64,000 nt of DNA, taken from assembly GCA_041690395.1 (NCBI GenBank), contig JAWLHJ010000007.1:1-64000 (forward strand). The letters run 5' to 3'. Shown here one piece after another: positions 17,936-27,694 of the stretch. This DNA is from Longimicrobiales bacterium. GTDB taxonomy: Bacteria > Gemmatimonadota > Gemmatimonadetes > Longimicrobiales > Gaopeijiaceae. Each line of letters starts with the position of its first letter. The first letter of the stretch is position 1. A program made the translations under genes and the position numbers. The notes under the pieces were generated by a model. The model had not been told where the DNA came from, made no database searches, and was given only the letters and a program-made list of their open reading frames with translations.

Positions 17936-19006
17936 CTACGGCGCGGGCGGGCCGTGTCCCCCGCGCTGCATCATGCCGCGCATCATCGCGGCCATGCCCT
18001 CGTCGACCATCTCCGTCACCTCGGCCGCGTGGCCCTGGAGCGCCTCGACCAGGGCCGGATCGTCCGAGGTCTGCACCACGGCGACGCCCTTGTCCGTGTA
18101 CTCGAATTCCGACTGGATCCGCTCGTAACCGTCGAAGATGGCCGGCAGGGTATGGCTGAAGAGGTTGAAGACCTCACCGCTCTCGAGCCGACCTTCCATG
18201 CTGGCCACGTGCGCGACGATGGCGCTCGCCACTTCCGGGTACGGCGACTCGGTGACGGTGCGGATGCCGTTGGGCAGGTGGACGACCGTGCGCGTGATGG
18301 AGCCGTGGTTCGCGAGGAGCTCGTGCACGAGCTGCATGTCCGCCGCGAACGCGGGGTCGCCGCCTCCCATCTGCATGTAGTGCCGGCCCATGGCGTCCTG
18401 ATCCATCCGACCCATGCCCCCGTGGTCCATGCCGCCGCGACCTGTCGGACCCATCCCGCCGTGATCCATTCCGCCGTGATCCATGCCGCCGTGATCCATC
18501 CCGCTGTGATCCATCCCCTCGGCTCGGTGATCCGAGCGCTGGAACGCCATGAACTCCCGGATGGCCTCCAGCGCCTGGGCATCTTCGGTGATGAGCCGAA
18601 GCTCACCGCCGCGGGGCAGGTCCCGGTACACGTACTCGATATGCTCCCGGCGGGCCGCCATCACGTCCGTGCCCGGCACCTGCTGCGCGTGCACGAACGC
18701 CGGGGTGCTGAAGTCACCGGCCTCGAATGCGGCCTGGATCTCCCGAAGGTGCCGGCGGATCTGCTCGATGCCCGCCGAGTCGTCCCGGTCATGCTGGTAC
18801 TCGATGCGACCACCGTCGGGGAGCGCGTCGAAAACGTGCGTGGACGCGTACTGATCGACGCCCATGCCGATGGCGCCCCGCTCCTGGAGGGCCTCGAAAT
18901 CGGGATGCTCGGCGGGTGGGACGGCCTGGGCCGTGGTCCGGAGAGGGAGCGCGCCCAGGGAAAGCGCGAGCAACAAAGCGATCCGAGACGTGGGACCTGG
19001 AGACAT
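17936..19006 (-). CDS. secreted His/Met-rich protein with MDHGG repeats
   Basis: Signal peptide (TTAQA); two domains joined by a (GMDH[S/G]G)n linker. Confidence 0.8.
   Translation of the reverse strand: MSPGPTSRIALLLALSLGALPLRTTAQAVPPAEHPDFEALQERGAIGMGVDQYASTHVFDALPDGGRIEYQHDRDDSAGIEQIRRHLREIQAAFEAGDFSTPAFVHAQQVPGTDVMAARREHIEYVYRDLPRGGELRLITEDAQALEAIREFMAFQRSDHRAEGMDHSGMDHGGMDHGGMDHGGMGPTGRGGMDHGGMGRMDQDAMGRHYMQMGGGDPAFAADMQLVHELLANHGSITRTVVHLPNGIRTVTESPYPEVASAIVAHVASMEGRLESGEVFNLFSHTLPAIFDGYERIQSEFEYTDKGVAVVQTSDDPALVEALQGHAAEVTEMVDEGMAAMMRGMMQRGGHGPPAP
18412..18517 (-). repeat. 15-nt coding tandem repeat (MDHGG x4 plus one dispersed copy)
   Basis: gtgatccatNccgcY repeated on the + strand. 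Confidence 0.85.
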
Positions 19007-19291
19007 ATGGACATCCTCGACGAGTGGGTCTTGGGGAATGTTCTACTCCTCTGTACAGACGAGGGTCACCGGGCGTTGAACCGCGTGCCCCGGGCGCCAT
19101 GACGACGTCGTACAGCCGCGCGTCGCCGCGGGATGCGTAGAGCCGTATGCCGAGGAGCATCGTCCATCCTCCGTGAGCGAAGGGTGTCACAATAGGATAC
19201 CCGATTCTCGCGGAACCCTCCCGCCCATCATCCGGTTCGGGGCGCATCCTCGGCGGTCGGCCGGCGGCTCCTCGAACCGGGCGTTATCGAC

Positions 19292-20442
19292 ATGGGCGAG
19301 TCCAGACCGTACCTGCGCACCGACCCTACCGATCGGAGGTCGTTTCTTCGGCTTGCGACCGGCATCCTGGCGGGTGGGTCGACCCTTCTCGCCCAGGTCG
19401 CCTGTGATGGCGACGGGTCCACGGGACTCCAGCCTGGCGGAGACCCGGACATCTCGTCCCCCGACGACGGCGGGTCGGGATCCTGCTCCATCTCGGAGGA
19501 CGAGATCTTCCAGGGCGCCGTTCGCGACGCCATTCCGGCGCTTTCGGACCCCAGCATGTCCGCGGCCGAGAGCGCCGACTTCCGATTCCTCGAACCCAAC
19601 GACCGTGTCATCGGGCTCATCGGGGGGTCCGTGGCGCTCGCGGTGCCGCTGAACATCCTCTGGTGGCACGAGATCGTGAACGTCTGGTTCGAAGGACGCC
19701 GGATCGCTGTGACGCACTGCCCGCTCACCGGATCGAGCCTGGTCTTCGACACTGGCGCCGCGAACGCAGACTTCGGCGTCTCGGGTCTGCTCTATCGGAA
19801 CAACCTGATCATGTACGACCGCGGAACCGGTGAGTCTCTCTGGCCTCAGATGCTCCGGCGGGCAGCCTGCGGACCCCTTCGCGGCACGAACGTCGAGATG
19901 GTGCCGGCCGTGGAGATGAGCTGGCACCGTTGGCGCACGCTCCACCCGGGGTCCGAGGTCGCAACGTCCGACACGGGATTCTCGAGGAGCTACCGGGTCT
20001 ACCCCTACGGCGCGTACGGTGCGGAAGACAATGGGCAACTCCTCTTCCCGCTGTCGGCGAGATCGATCGTCGACGCCCACCCAAAGAGCGGGTTCTGGGC
20101 ATCGCCGACCGAGCGCCGACGGTGGCGTTCCCCTTCGGATGGCTGGCCGAACTCGGGAGCGTCGCCGTGGTCAACGACGCGCACCGGGTCGTGCTCTGGG
20201 ACGAGGCGGGGCAGGCGGCGATGGCGTATCAACGGGACCTCGACGGTCAGACCCTCGGCTTCGAGGTCGCGGGCGGACGCGTGGTCGATCGCGAGACCGG
20301 CAGCACGTGGCGAGTGGACGGCCTCGCGGTGGCAGGACCGCTGGAGGGCCGGCGCCTGACGCCCATCGCCGAAGCCTACGTCGCGTACTGGTTCGCCTGG
20401 GCCGCCTTCCATCCGGACACGTTCGTGCGCGGGGAGGAGTGA
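19292..20442 (+). pseudogene. DUF3179-family Tat lipoprotein with a single frameshift near 20055
   Basis: DRRSFL Tat motif, DAIPAL, WHEIVN, HCPLTGS, FGVSGLLY.NNLIMYDR, SLWPQ; continues in another frame as PKERVLG...YWFAWAAFHPDT. Confidence 0.8.
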
Positions 20443-20538
20443 GACCGACGCACGGTCTCAGCGGGTCGAACAATGGCCTCTTATCCGTCGCGGGCCACCG
20501 GGGCAACGCATCCAGGCTGCGCGACGATCTCGCACGAC

Positions 20539-20583
20539 TTGACGGGAGAGGTGAGGGTCATGATAGTTAGGAGTCCTAACAAT
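20539..20583 (+). promoter_or_regulatory. sigma70-type promoter overlapped by a perfect palindrome (putative MarR operator)
   Basis: TTGACG (20539)-17 nt-GATAGT (20562); gttagga-g-tcctaac at 20566-20580. Confidence 0.7.
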
Positions 20584-20613
20584 TAACGCTCCTTCTTGTC
20601 GCCGAGGTCTTCC

Positions 20614-21354
20614 ATGTTCTACACGGCACTGCGCTTCGTACTGGTCTCCGCCCTCGCGTCGCCCCTGGTAGCGGCCTGCCAAAGCCCCGTGACACCGACG
20701 CCCGCTTCCTCCGATCTCGATATCACGGCCGTCGCCGTCCACCACGTGCCGGCCCTTCGGGTTCTGGTCTTCGAGCAAGAGGTGGCCGGCTCGGCCGGAG
20801 CGACGGTGCCGGACGCTCGCGGTCAGATGGACGGCGCTCCGGTTCTCGGGTACGTCTTTCCTACCTCGCTCAGGCCCGAGGACGTGGGCTTCGCGCCGGG
20901 TGAGGGTGTGGTCGCTCTGGCCGTCACGTCGCACCCCGATTTCGACGACACGCCGCTATGGGACGAGGACGGCGATCGCGATTACGACAACGACGGCGTA
21001 CGATTCCACACGCACTGGGTGGTTCTGACCGGCGACGATCGGGTGCCAGGCGGACTCTCGGTGAAGGAGACGCAGCGCATCGAGCAGGATCTCCCGCCGA
21101 CCAATCCGGGCATGCCCATGTACCTCGATTCGCCGGGCTTCTCGGTCGTGCTCGACGGCAGTACGCTTCGCGTCGTGGTGCCGCTCGACCGGGTGTCCGG
21201 CCGTAGGGACTTCACTTTCGACGCGGTCACGGCGTACATGGAGGTGAACACGTCGGACGCCGAGCGCCCGTTGCTGGGCGTCTACCACGTCTACGAGGTC
21301 CTCTCGGGCGACCTCGGGATGCCTTACAGGGTGACGGAGGGAAGGACCTTTTGA
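20614..21354 (+). CDS. conserved hypothetical lipoprotein
   Basis: Lipobox VAAC; VTSHPDFDDTPLWDE.GD.D..NDG..FHTHWV acidic/His motif. Confidence 0.75.
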   Translation: MFYTALRFVLVSALASPLVAACQSPVTPTPASSDLDITAVAVHHVPALRVLVFEQEVAGSAGATVPDARGQMDGAPVLGYVFPTSLRPEDVGFAPGEGVVALAVTSHPDFDDTPLWDEDGDRDYDNDGVRFHTHWVVLTGDDRVPGGLSVKETQRIEQDLPPTNPGMPMYLDSPGFSVVLDGSTLRVVVPLDRVSGRRDFTFDAVTAYMEVNTSDAERPLLGVYHVYEVLSGDLGMPYRVTEGRTF

Positions 21355-22028
21355 CCGACGGATCCATGGGTGAACATCCACCCACCCGGAGCGCGGGGGG
21401 CAGCGTGCCGTTCGAGGACGACGAAAGTGCGAGCCGCCGCACGCTGGTCGCGCTGTCGAAGGTCGGCCTCGCGCTCCGGGACCAGGCGTGGAAGGATACG
21501 GCTCCGCGGGGGCTCAATCCGACCCAGGCCCAGGTGCTGATGGTTCTGGCCCGCTCCGGGTCTTCGCCCCTACGCCTGTCCGCCATCGCCGAGCACCTCG
21601 CCGTGAGCGCGCCGACCGCCTCGGATTCCGTGTCCGCGCTGGAGGCGAAGGCCTTGGTCCTTAAGGGACCGGCTCCGGATGATGGACGTGCCCTGGCGGT
21701 GACCCTGACGAAGGAGGGCCGAGCTGTCGCGCGGGAGCTGGCCATGTGGCCCGATGTTCTCCTGGAAGCGGTAGACGTGCTCGATGAAGTCGAGGAGGGC
21801 GTGCTCCTCAAGGCGCTTCTCAAGATGATTCGGGAGCTGCAGGATCGGGGTCGGATCGCCCCCGCACGGATGTGCATCACCTGCCGTTACTTCAGGCCGC
21901 ACGTCCACGCCGACCCGCGGGCGCCACACCACTGCGCCTTCGTGGACGCACCCTTCGGCGACCGCAATCTCCGTGTGGACTGCCTGGATCACGACGCGGC
22001 TGAAGCCGACTCCGGGTGTCGGAGCTGA
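21351..22028 (+). CDS. MarR-family regulator with C-terminal Cys/His domain
   Basis: wHTH (LNPTQAQVL...SAPTASDSVSALEAK...DGRALAVTLT); tail CITCRYF...HHC...DCLDH. Confidence 0.88.
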   Translation: MTDGSMGEHPPTRSAGGSVPFEDDESASRRTLVALSKVGLALRDQAWKDTAPRGLNPTQAQVLMVLARSGSSPLRLSAIAEHLAVSAPTASDSVSALEAKALVLKGPAPDDGRALAVTLTKEGRAVARELAMWPDVLLEAVDVLDEVEEGVLLKALLKMIRELQDRGRIAPARMCITCRYFRPHVHADPRAPHHCAFVDAPFGDRNLRVDCLDHDAAEADSGCRS

Positions 22029-22180
22029 TGGCCGATGGGCGCCGGACATCTGGCACTCACCGTGTAACGACCGCGGAGCTCGCGGCTTGCCGCGACGCCC
22101 CCGAGACCGGATGTTGGCGCGAACTGCCGTCCCGCCCGGCGACCGCCCACCGTGCCGGGTTCCGTCTGCGTGGAGTCGTC

Positions 22181-23302
22181 ATGGTTCGTCTCGCTCGTGC
22201 TCTCAGCCTCACCGCCGTGGTCCTCATGACCGCGAGCTGCATCGCGCCTCCCGACGACGAAGCGGTCGCCGACGCGACGGGCGCCGTGCTCCCGGAGTGG
22301 GAGATCGACCCGACCTGGCCGCCCACGCTGCCGAACGACTGGATCCTCGGGGACATCCGCGGCCTGTTCATCGACGACGACGACCACCTGTGGGTGATCC
22401 ACATGCCGTCGAGCCTGACGTCCCAGGAGATCGGCGCCGCCGTGGACCCGCCGATCGCCGACTGCTGCTATCCCGCGCCGCCGGTGCTCGAGCTCGACCC
22501 GGAGGGGAACGTGATCCAGGCATGGGGCGGGCCGGGCGACGGATACACCTGGTTCGACCAGGAGCACGGCATCTACGTCGACCACAACGACTTCGTGTGG
22601 ATGGGCACGAGCAACGGCCAACACGTGATGAAGTTCACCCGGGACGGCCGCCACGTCCTCACTATCGGCGAGCCGGGGGTGAACATGGGGAGCAACGACT
22701 CGACGCACCTCGGGGGGCCCGCTGCGTTCTACGTGGAGCCGAGCACGAACGAGCTGTTCATCGCCGACGGATATCGTAACCGACGGGTGGTGGTCTTCGA
22801 TGCGGAGACCGGCGTGTACAAGAGGCATTGGGGGGCGTACGGAAACCCGCCCGACGACGAGTACCGCTACGACTACCCGGCGCGAGAGGACGACCCGCCC
22901 CTGCAGTACTCGACGGTGCACGGACTCATCGGGTCGGACGACGGACTCATCTACGTCGCGGACCGCCGGGGCAACCGCATCCAGGTGTTCCGCCAGGACG
23001 GCGAGTACCTCATGGAGCGCTTCGTCCTCCCGGAGACCGGTGGCTCGGGAAGCGGGTTCAGCCTGGGACTGTCGCGGGATCCCGAGCAGAGCATCCTGTA
23101 CCTGATCGACGGAACCAACCAGAGGGTCTGGATGCTGCGGCGTGACGACCTCGAGATCCTCGGTCGCTTCGGCCGCCCCGGGCGGCAGGCCGGCGAGTTC
23201 ATCCGCGCCCACATGGTCGTGCTCGACTCGCGCGGCTACCTGTACACCGGCGAGGCGGGGAACGGCCGGCGGCTGCAGCGGTTCCGGCAGCCCTCCCGGT
23301 AG
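22181..23302 (+). CDS. NHL-repeat beta-propeller lipoprotein (peptidyl-alpha-hydroxyglycine lyase-like)
   Basis: Lipobox TASC; HGIYVD, FIADGYRNRRV, YVADRRGNRIQVF. Confidence 0.85.
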   Translation: MVRLARALSLTAVVLMTASCIAPPDDEAVADATGAVLPEWEIDPTWPPTLPNDWILGDIRGLFIDDDDHLWVIHMPSSLTSQEIGAAVDPPIADCCYPAPPVLELDPEGNVIQAWGGPGDGYTWFDQEHGIYVDHNDFVWMGTSNGQHVMKFTRDGRHVLTIGEPGVNMGSNDSTHLGGPAAFYVEPSTNELFIADGYRNRRVVVFDAETGVYKRHWGAYGNPPDDEYRYDYPAREDDPPLQYSTVHGLIGSDDGLIYVADRRGNRIQVFRQDGEYLMERFVLPETGGSGSGFSLGLSRDPEQSILYLIDGTNQRVWMLRRDDLEILGRFGRPGRQAGEFIRAHMVVLDSRGYLYTGEAGNGRRLQRFRQPSR

Positions 23303-23379
23303 AACGGTGGGGGGACACGAGGCGGGACGAAGCTGATAGCTTCAGATGCTCCGCGACTCCACGAGACGACTACGCGCCC

Positions 23380-24207
23380 ATGTCCGACGCCATCATTCCC
23401 CCGCTCGCCCTCCACGGGTGGTACATGCTCACCCAGTTCGTCGACGTTCCTCCGCCCTTCGGAGACGACGGGGATGAAGACCGGACCCGGCGCCTTGACG
23501 AGCTCGGCGCGCTGCTTGCCGAGTGGGAAGACCTGGGGGAGGGCGGCTGGAGCGCGCTGTATCGGGTCGTGGGCGGCAACAGCGACTACATGCTCCTCCA
23601 TCTCAGGCCGACGCTGGACGAGCTGGGCGAAGCGGAGCGCGTCCTGAGGCTCCATTCGTCGAATCAGGACCTGGTCGTGACCGGCGACTACGTCTCCGTG
23701 GTGGAGCTCGGGCTCTACGGCCACACGCTCGGTCTGGCCAAACGCGCCGAGCGCGACGGCGTCGAGATCGGTTCCGACGAGTGGAAGGCGATGGTCCAAG
23801 AGTTGCTTGCCGAACAGCTCGGGACACCCTACACGCAGCGCCGGCTCTATCCCCGGCAGCCCGACGACATGCCCTACGTGTGCTTCTATCCGATGAACAA
23901 GAGGCGCAACGTGGAGCAGAACTGGTACACGCAGACCCTGTCCGAGCGGGCCCGGCTCATGCAGGAGCATGGCCACACAGGGCGGGGGTATGCGGGCAAG
24001 GTATCCCAGATCATCACCGGCTCCGTGGGGCTCGACGACTGGGAGTGGGCCGTCACGCTCTTCTCGCCCGACCCGCTGCACTTCAAGGAGCTCGTGACCG
24101 ACATGCGCTACGACGAGGTCACCTCGATCTACGGGGAGTTCGGCAGCTTCTGGGTGGGGCACCGGATCGCGACGGAGCGGGTCGCGGGGGAGTTGAAGGG
24201 GGAGTAG
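23380..24207 (+). CDS. hemQ: coproheme decarboxylase (chlorite dismutase superfamily)
   Basis: YPMNKRR fingerprint, NWY, MQEHG proximal His, GLDDWEWAVTLF, MRYDE. Confidence 0.85.
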   Translation: MSDAIIPPLALHGWYMLTQFVDVPPPFGDDGDEDRTRRLDELGALLAEWEDLGEGGWSALYRVVGGNSDYMLLHLRPTLDELGEAERVLRLHSSNQDLVVTGDYVSVVELGLYGHTLGLAKRAERDGVEIGSDEWKAMVQELLAEQLGTPYTQRRLYPRQPDDMPYVCFYPMNKRRNVEQNWYTQTLSERARLMQEHGHTGRGYAGKVSQIITGSVGLDDWEWAVTLFSPDPLHFKELVTDMRYDEVTSIYGEFGSFWVGHRIATERVAGELKGE

Positions 24208-24255
24208 GCGCGGGAGGGACCTTCGGCCGTGGTGGCGACCGCCGGAGCTCGGAGG

Positions 24256-24906
24256 TCAGCCGTCCGAGCGCTCGGGACCGGCCTCTTCTTCCAGTTGCTT
24301 GAACGCCCCTAGGAAAACGTGCGTCGGCTGGGCCCCCGACACCGCGAGCCGGCCGTCGAGCACGAAGAAGGGCACCCCCCGGATGCCGATCTGGCGCGCC
24401 CGGGCCTGGTCCATCCGGACCTCCTGCTCGAACCGGTCGGTCTCCAGCAACGCGCGGACCTCGTCGGCGTCGAGCCCCACGTCGGCCGCCAGCGCTGCCA
24501 ACTCGTCACGGTCGGAGATGGCGCGGCCCTCGGTCATGTACGCCCGGAACAGGCGCTCCTTCATCTCCGATTGGAGATCCCGGGACGCGGCGAAGTGGAG
24601 GAGACGGTGAGCGTCCAACGTATTGCCCCGCTTCGCGCGGTCGAAGTTCAGCTCGAGCCCCTCCTCGGCGGCCGTACGGGCCATCCCGTCCATCATGGCG
24701 CGAGCCTCGTCGACCGATGTCCCGTACTTCTCGGCGAGGGCTTCGTCGAGCTTGTCGATCGGCTCCCTCGGGGCCATGGGATCGAGCTCGAAGCTCCGCC
24801 AGACGATCTCCACAGGCTCGGAGTGGTCGTCCAACGCGCGCTCCAGCCGTCGCTTGCCGATGTAGCACCAGGGGCACACCACGTCCGACCAGATCTCGAT
24901 CTTCAT
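24256..24906 (-). CDS. DsbA/FrnE-family oxidoreductase
   Basis: WSDVVCPWCYIG; GVPFF; SGAQP. Confidence 0.93.
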   Translation of the reverse strand: MKIEIWSDVVCPWCYIGKRRLERALDDHSEPVEIVWRSFELDPMAPREPIDKLDEALAEKYGTSVDEARAMMDGMARTAAEEGLELNFDRAKRGNTLDAHRLLHFAASRDLQSEMKERLFRAYMTEGRAISDRDELAALAADVGLDADEVRALLETDRFEQEVRMDQARARQIGIRGVPFFVLDGRLAVSGAQPTHVFLGAFKQLEEEAGPERSDG

Positions 24907-26573
24907 GCCGACGCTCCCACCCGCCGTAGCGTGCCGGTGAGGAAGGGAAGGAGCTGCTTCTTGCGGCTGACGACCCCCGGAAGGCTGTAGATCTCGCCGG
25001 GGTAGATGGGCGTGTACGTGATGGCCTCCACGAGGACGGAGCTTCCGGACACGAGGAGCAGGGAGTCCTGGCTTTTCACGTCGGTCACGAGGAGGGCGGC
25101 GAAGTCGAGTCCTTCACTGGTACGGCTCTTTTCCAACTCCTCCCTGAGCGGCACGCAGCGATCCCAGAACTCCTCGAAGCCGACCTCTTCGACCTGGGAG
25201 ATCGCGAAGCGGAAGTCGCCCTCGGCGTATACCTTGCGGTCTAGTCGGATCACCTCGGCTGGCGACCGGGTCGCCACGACCGAGCCCGACGAGAAGATGA
25301 CGTCCGCCATCTCGCTCCCGGTCAGCCCCGCGATCCCCTCGAGCCAGGACAGGATCTCCTGGTCCGTGCCGGTGGTCGTGGGGCTCTTCAGGTTCAGCGT
25401 GTCCGAGATCAGCCCTCCCATGAGCACGCCCGCGATCTCGCGAGTCGGAGTGAGGCCCGCCTGACGGTAGAGGTCCGCGACGATCGTGCACGTGGATCCC
25501 ACGGGACGGTTGATGAACAGGATGGGATCCTGGGTCCGCAGATCCCCCAGTCGATGATGGTCCACGACCTCCACGATCTCGACCTGGTCCGCGCCGGGGA
25601 CCGCCTGGCTGAGCTCGTTGTGGTCGACGAGGATGATCTTCGTCGCGCTCGGGCGCAGGATGTCGCGCCGGGTGAAGACCCCCAGCAGCCGGCCGCCGTC
25701 GTTCGTGACCATGAAGACGGCCGGGTCCAGCGTGGCGGTCTTCCTGCGTACGCTCTTCACCGTCTCCTCGGGTCTGAACGCCACGTACTCCGCGGACATC
25801 ACCGCGCCGATGTGGGTCGCGGTCCGGATGGTCCATGCCGTCGTGGCGGAGTCGTACGGGCTCACGATCACGCTGACACCCCGGGCCCGCGCCTGCTCGA
25901 GGACCTCGGGCGCGGCGGCGAGGCCCCCGGTGATCACCAGAAGGCGCACGCCGAGCTCGATGGACCGCTCCTGGATGTTCCGTCGGTCTCCGACCACGAT
26001 GGCCGTCCGCGTGACGTCGGTGGGCTCGGCGGTGGCGAACGCCTCGAACGAGTCGGGCGCCATGGCCGCGATCCGCACGTAGATCGGCTCGATGCGCTCG
26101 CCATCGACGAGGTGGAGGACCTCCGCCCCGAGCGCCCGTACGATGCTCGTGATCGACGTGTCGACCCATCGCATGTCCCGGTCGCGTTCCAGCCGCGGCA
26201 CGAGATGATGTCCCAGCTGGAAGATCGAAACGATGCCCTGGAGCCGGGTCTCTCGGTCCACCACCGGAAGGACCTGGATGTCGCGCTCGTCGATGAGATC
26301 CAGGGCCTCCGCGCAGGTCGCCTCGGCGCCGACGGTGACCAGATCCCGGGCCATCACCTCGTGGAGGCGGGGGGTGACGTCTCCGACGAAAGTGGGCAGG
26401 CGTACCCCGAAGTGCTCGAGCACGGCGTCGATGCGGGGGTTGGAGTTCCCGCAGCGTGCGGCCTCGTAGGTGCCGGAGCCGGTGCGTGTCTTGAAGTCGG
26501 CGTAGGCGAGCGCCGAGCAGATCGCGTCGGCGTCGGGGTTGCGGTGACCGAAGACTCTGATGGGGTTGGGCAT
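24903..26573 (-). CDS. ppaC: Mn-dependent inorganic pyrophosphatase with CBS/DRTGG insert
   Basis: GHRNPDADAICS, LVDHNE, VDHHR, SDTL, PGVVSRKKQ; CBS and VGDR segments in between. Confidence 0.92.
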   Translation of the reverse strand: MPNPIRVFGHRNPDADAICSALAYADFKTRTGSGTYEAARCGNSNPRIDAVLEHFGVRLPTFVGDVTPRLHEVMARDLVTVGAEATCAEALDLIDERDIQVLPVVDRETRLQGIVSIFQLGHHLVPRLERDRDMRWVDTSITSIVRALGAEVLHLVDGERIEPIYVRIAAMAPDSFEAFATAEPTDVTRTAIVVGDRRNIQERSIELGVRLLVITGGLAAAPEVLEQARARGVSVIVSPYDSATTAWTIRTATHIGAVMSAEYVAFRPEETVKSVRRKTATLDPAVFMVTNDGGRLLGVFTRRDILRPSATKIILVDHNELSQAVPGADQVEIVEVVDHHRLGDLRTQDPILFINRPVGSTCTIVADLYRQAGLTPTREIAGVLMGGLISDTLNLKSPTTTGTDQEILSWLEGIAGLTGSEMADVIFSSGSVVATRSPAEVIRLDRKVYAEGDFRFAISQVEEVGFEEFWDRCVPLREELEKSRTSEGLDFAALLVTDVKSQDSLLLVSGSSVLVEAITYTPIYPGEIYSLPGVVSRKKQLLPFLTGTLRRVGASA

Positions 26574-26755
26574 GCTGTGGGGCAGGGTGGATGGAGGGTG
26601 TTCGGCACGGTAGTCGATCCCCGGCCGGGCACCAAGTCCTCGGACGACGGTCTCTCGGTGGGCCCGGCGGACGTTTCGTCCGCACGCGTGATTCGCGCCT
26701 TGCCCGTCCCACACCCCACCAGTACCGTGACGCCTCATCCAGACCGGGAAGCCCC

Positions 26756-27694
26756 ATGCTCCGTCGACAATCCCGAAACGCCCTCCGCCGCTCCCTCGTG
26801 GGGCGGACGCTCTTCACCGCTCTCCTGGCGGTGCTCGGACTCTCCGCCGCACCGCCGGTCCAAGCTCAGGCGCCACCCGACCTCGATCCCTTCGCCACCG
26901 GCCGCAGCATGGTGCAGGCGGACCTGAACGGGACGGTCCTGAACCTCTGGGTCTACAAGCCCGACAACTACGTGGGAGACGGCTTCGTCCTCCTCCTGCA
27001 CGGCGCCTCCCGGGCCGCCGAAGCGTACCGCGACAACGCCCGGGGTTTCGCGGACCTTTACGGACGGATGGTGGTGGTCCCTGAGTTCGACGCAGAGCGC
27101 TTCCCGAACCGCCTCTACCAGATGGGCGGCGTCTTCCGGGAGGACGGGTCCTTCGCCGACGAGGAGGAGCGCACCTTCGCCTACATTCCCATGCTGGTGA
27201 GCCACATCCGGGGGCGCGAAGGAACGACCGAGCTACCGTGGATGGTCCTCGGGTACTCCGCCGGGGCCCAGTTCCTGGAGCGCCTCTCGGCCTTCATGGA
27301 CCTGGACGCGGAACGGTTGGTGATCATGAGCCCCGGCTCCGCCATGTTCCCCACCCGCGACATGGACTACGGCTTGGGCTTCGGCGGGCTTCCGGACGAG
27401 TTCAGCAGTGAAGACCGGATCCGGCGCTACCTGGCGTTACCCATCACCATTGCCATCGGCTCGGCGGACCGGGAGATGGAACAGCTTCCCACCGGGGACG
27501 CCTACGACCAGGGGGTGCATCGCTACTCCCGGAACCTGCGGTGGTTCAACACCGCCATGGACCTGGCGTTCGAGAATGGATGGGACTTCAACTGGCGCAT
27601 GGTCATCGCCCACGGCGCCGGCCACCCGCCTCCGGAGATGTTCAACCATCCCCAGATCGGGAACGCCCTCTTCGGGCACCGGCGCCGGCGTTAG
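26756..27694 (+). CDS. secreted alpha/beta hydrolase
   Basis: Signal peptide; LHGASR, GYSAGAQF nucleophile elbow, GAGH. Confidence 0.8.
   Translation: MLRRQSRNALRRSLVGRTLFTALLAVLGLSAAPPVQAQAPPDLDPFATGRSMVQADLNGTVLNLWVYKPDNYVGDGFVLLLHGASRAAEAYRDNARGFADLYGRMVVVPEFDAERFPNRLYQMGGVFREDGSFADEEERTFAYIPMLVSHIRGREGTTELPWMVLGYSAGAQFLERLSAFMDLDAERLVIMSPGSAMFPTRDMDYGLGFGGLPDEFSSEDRIRRYLALPITIAIGSADREMEQLPTGDAYDQGVHRYSRNLRWFNTAMDLAFENGWDFNWRMVIAHGAGHPPPEMFNHPQIGNALFGHRRRR

Noticed and set aside
19030..19100. ECF promoter for the MDHGG operon (minus-strand AAC...CGTC)
   Set aside because: The spacing is 13 nt, shorter than the usual 16-17, so it is not supportable.
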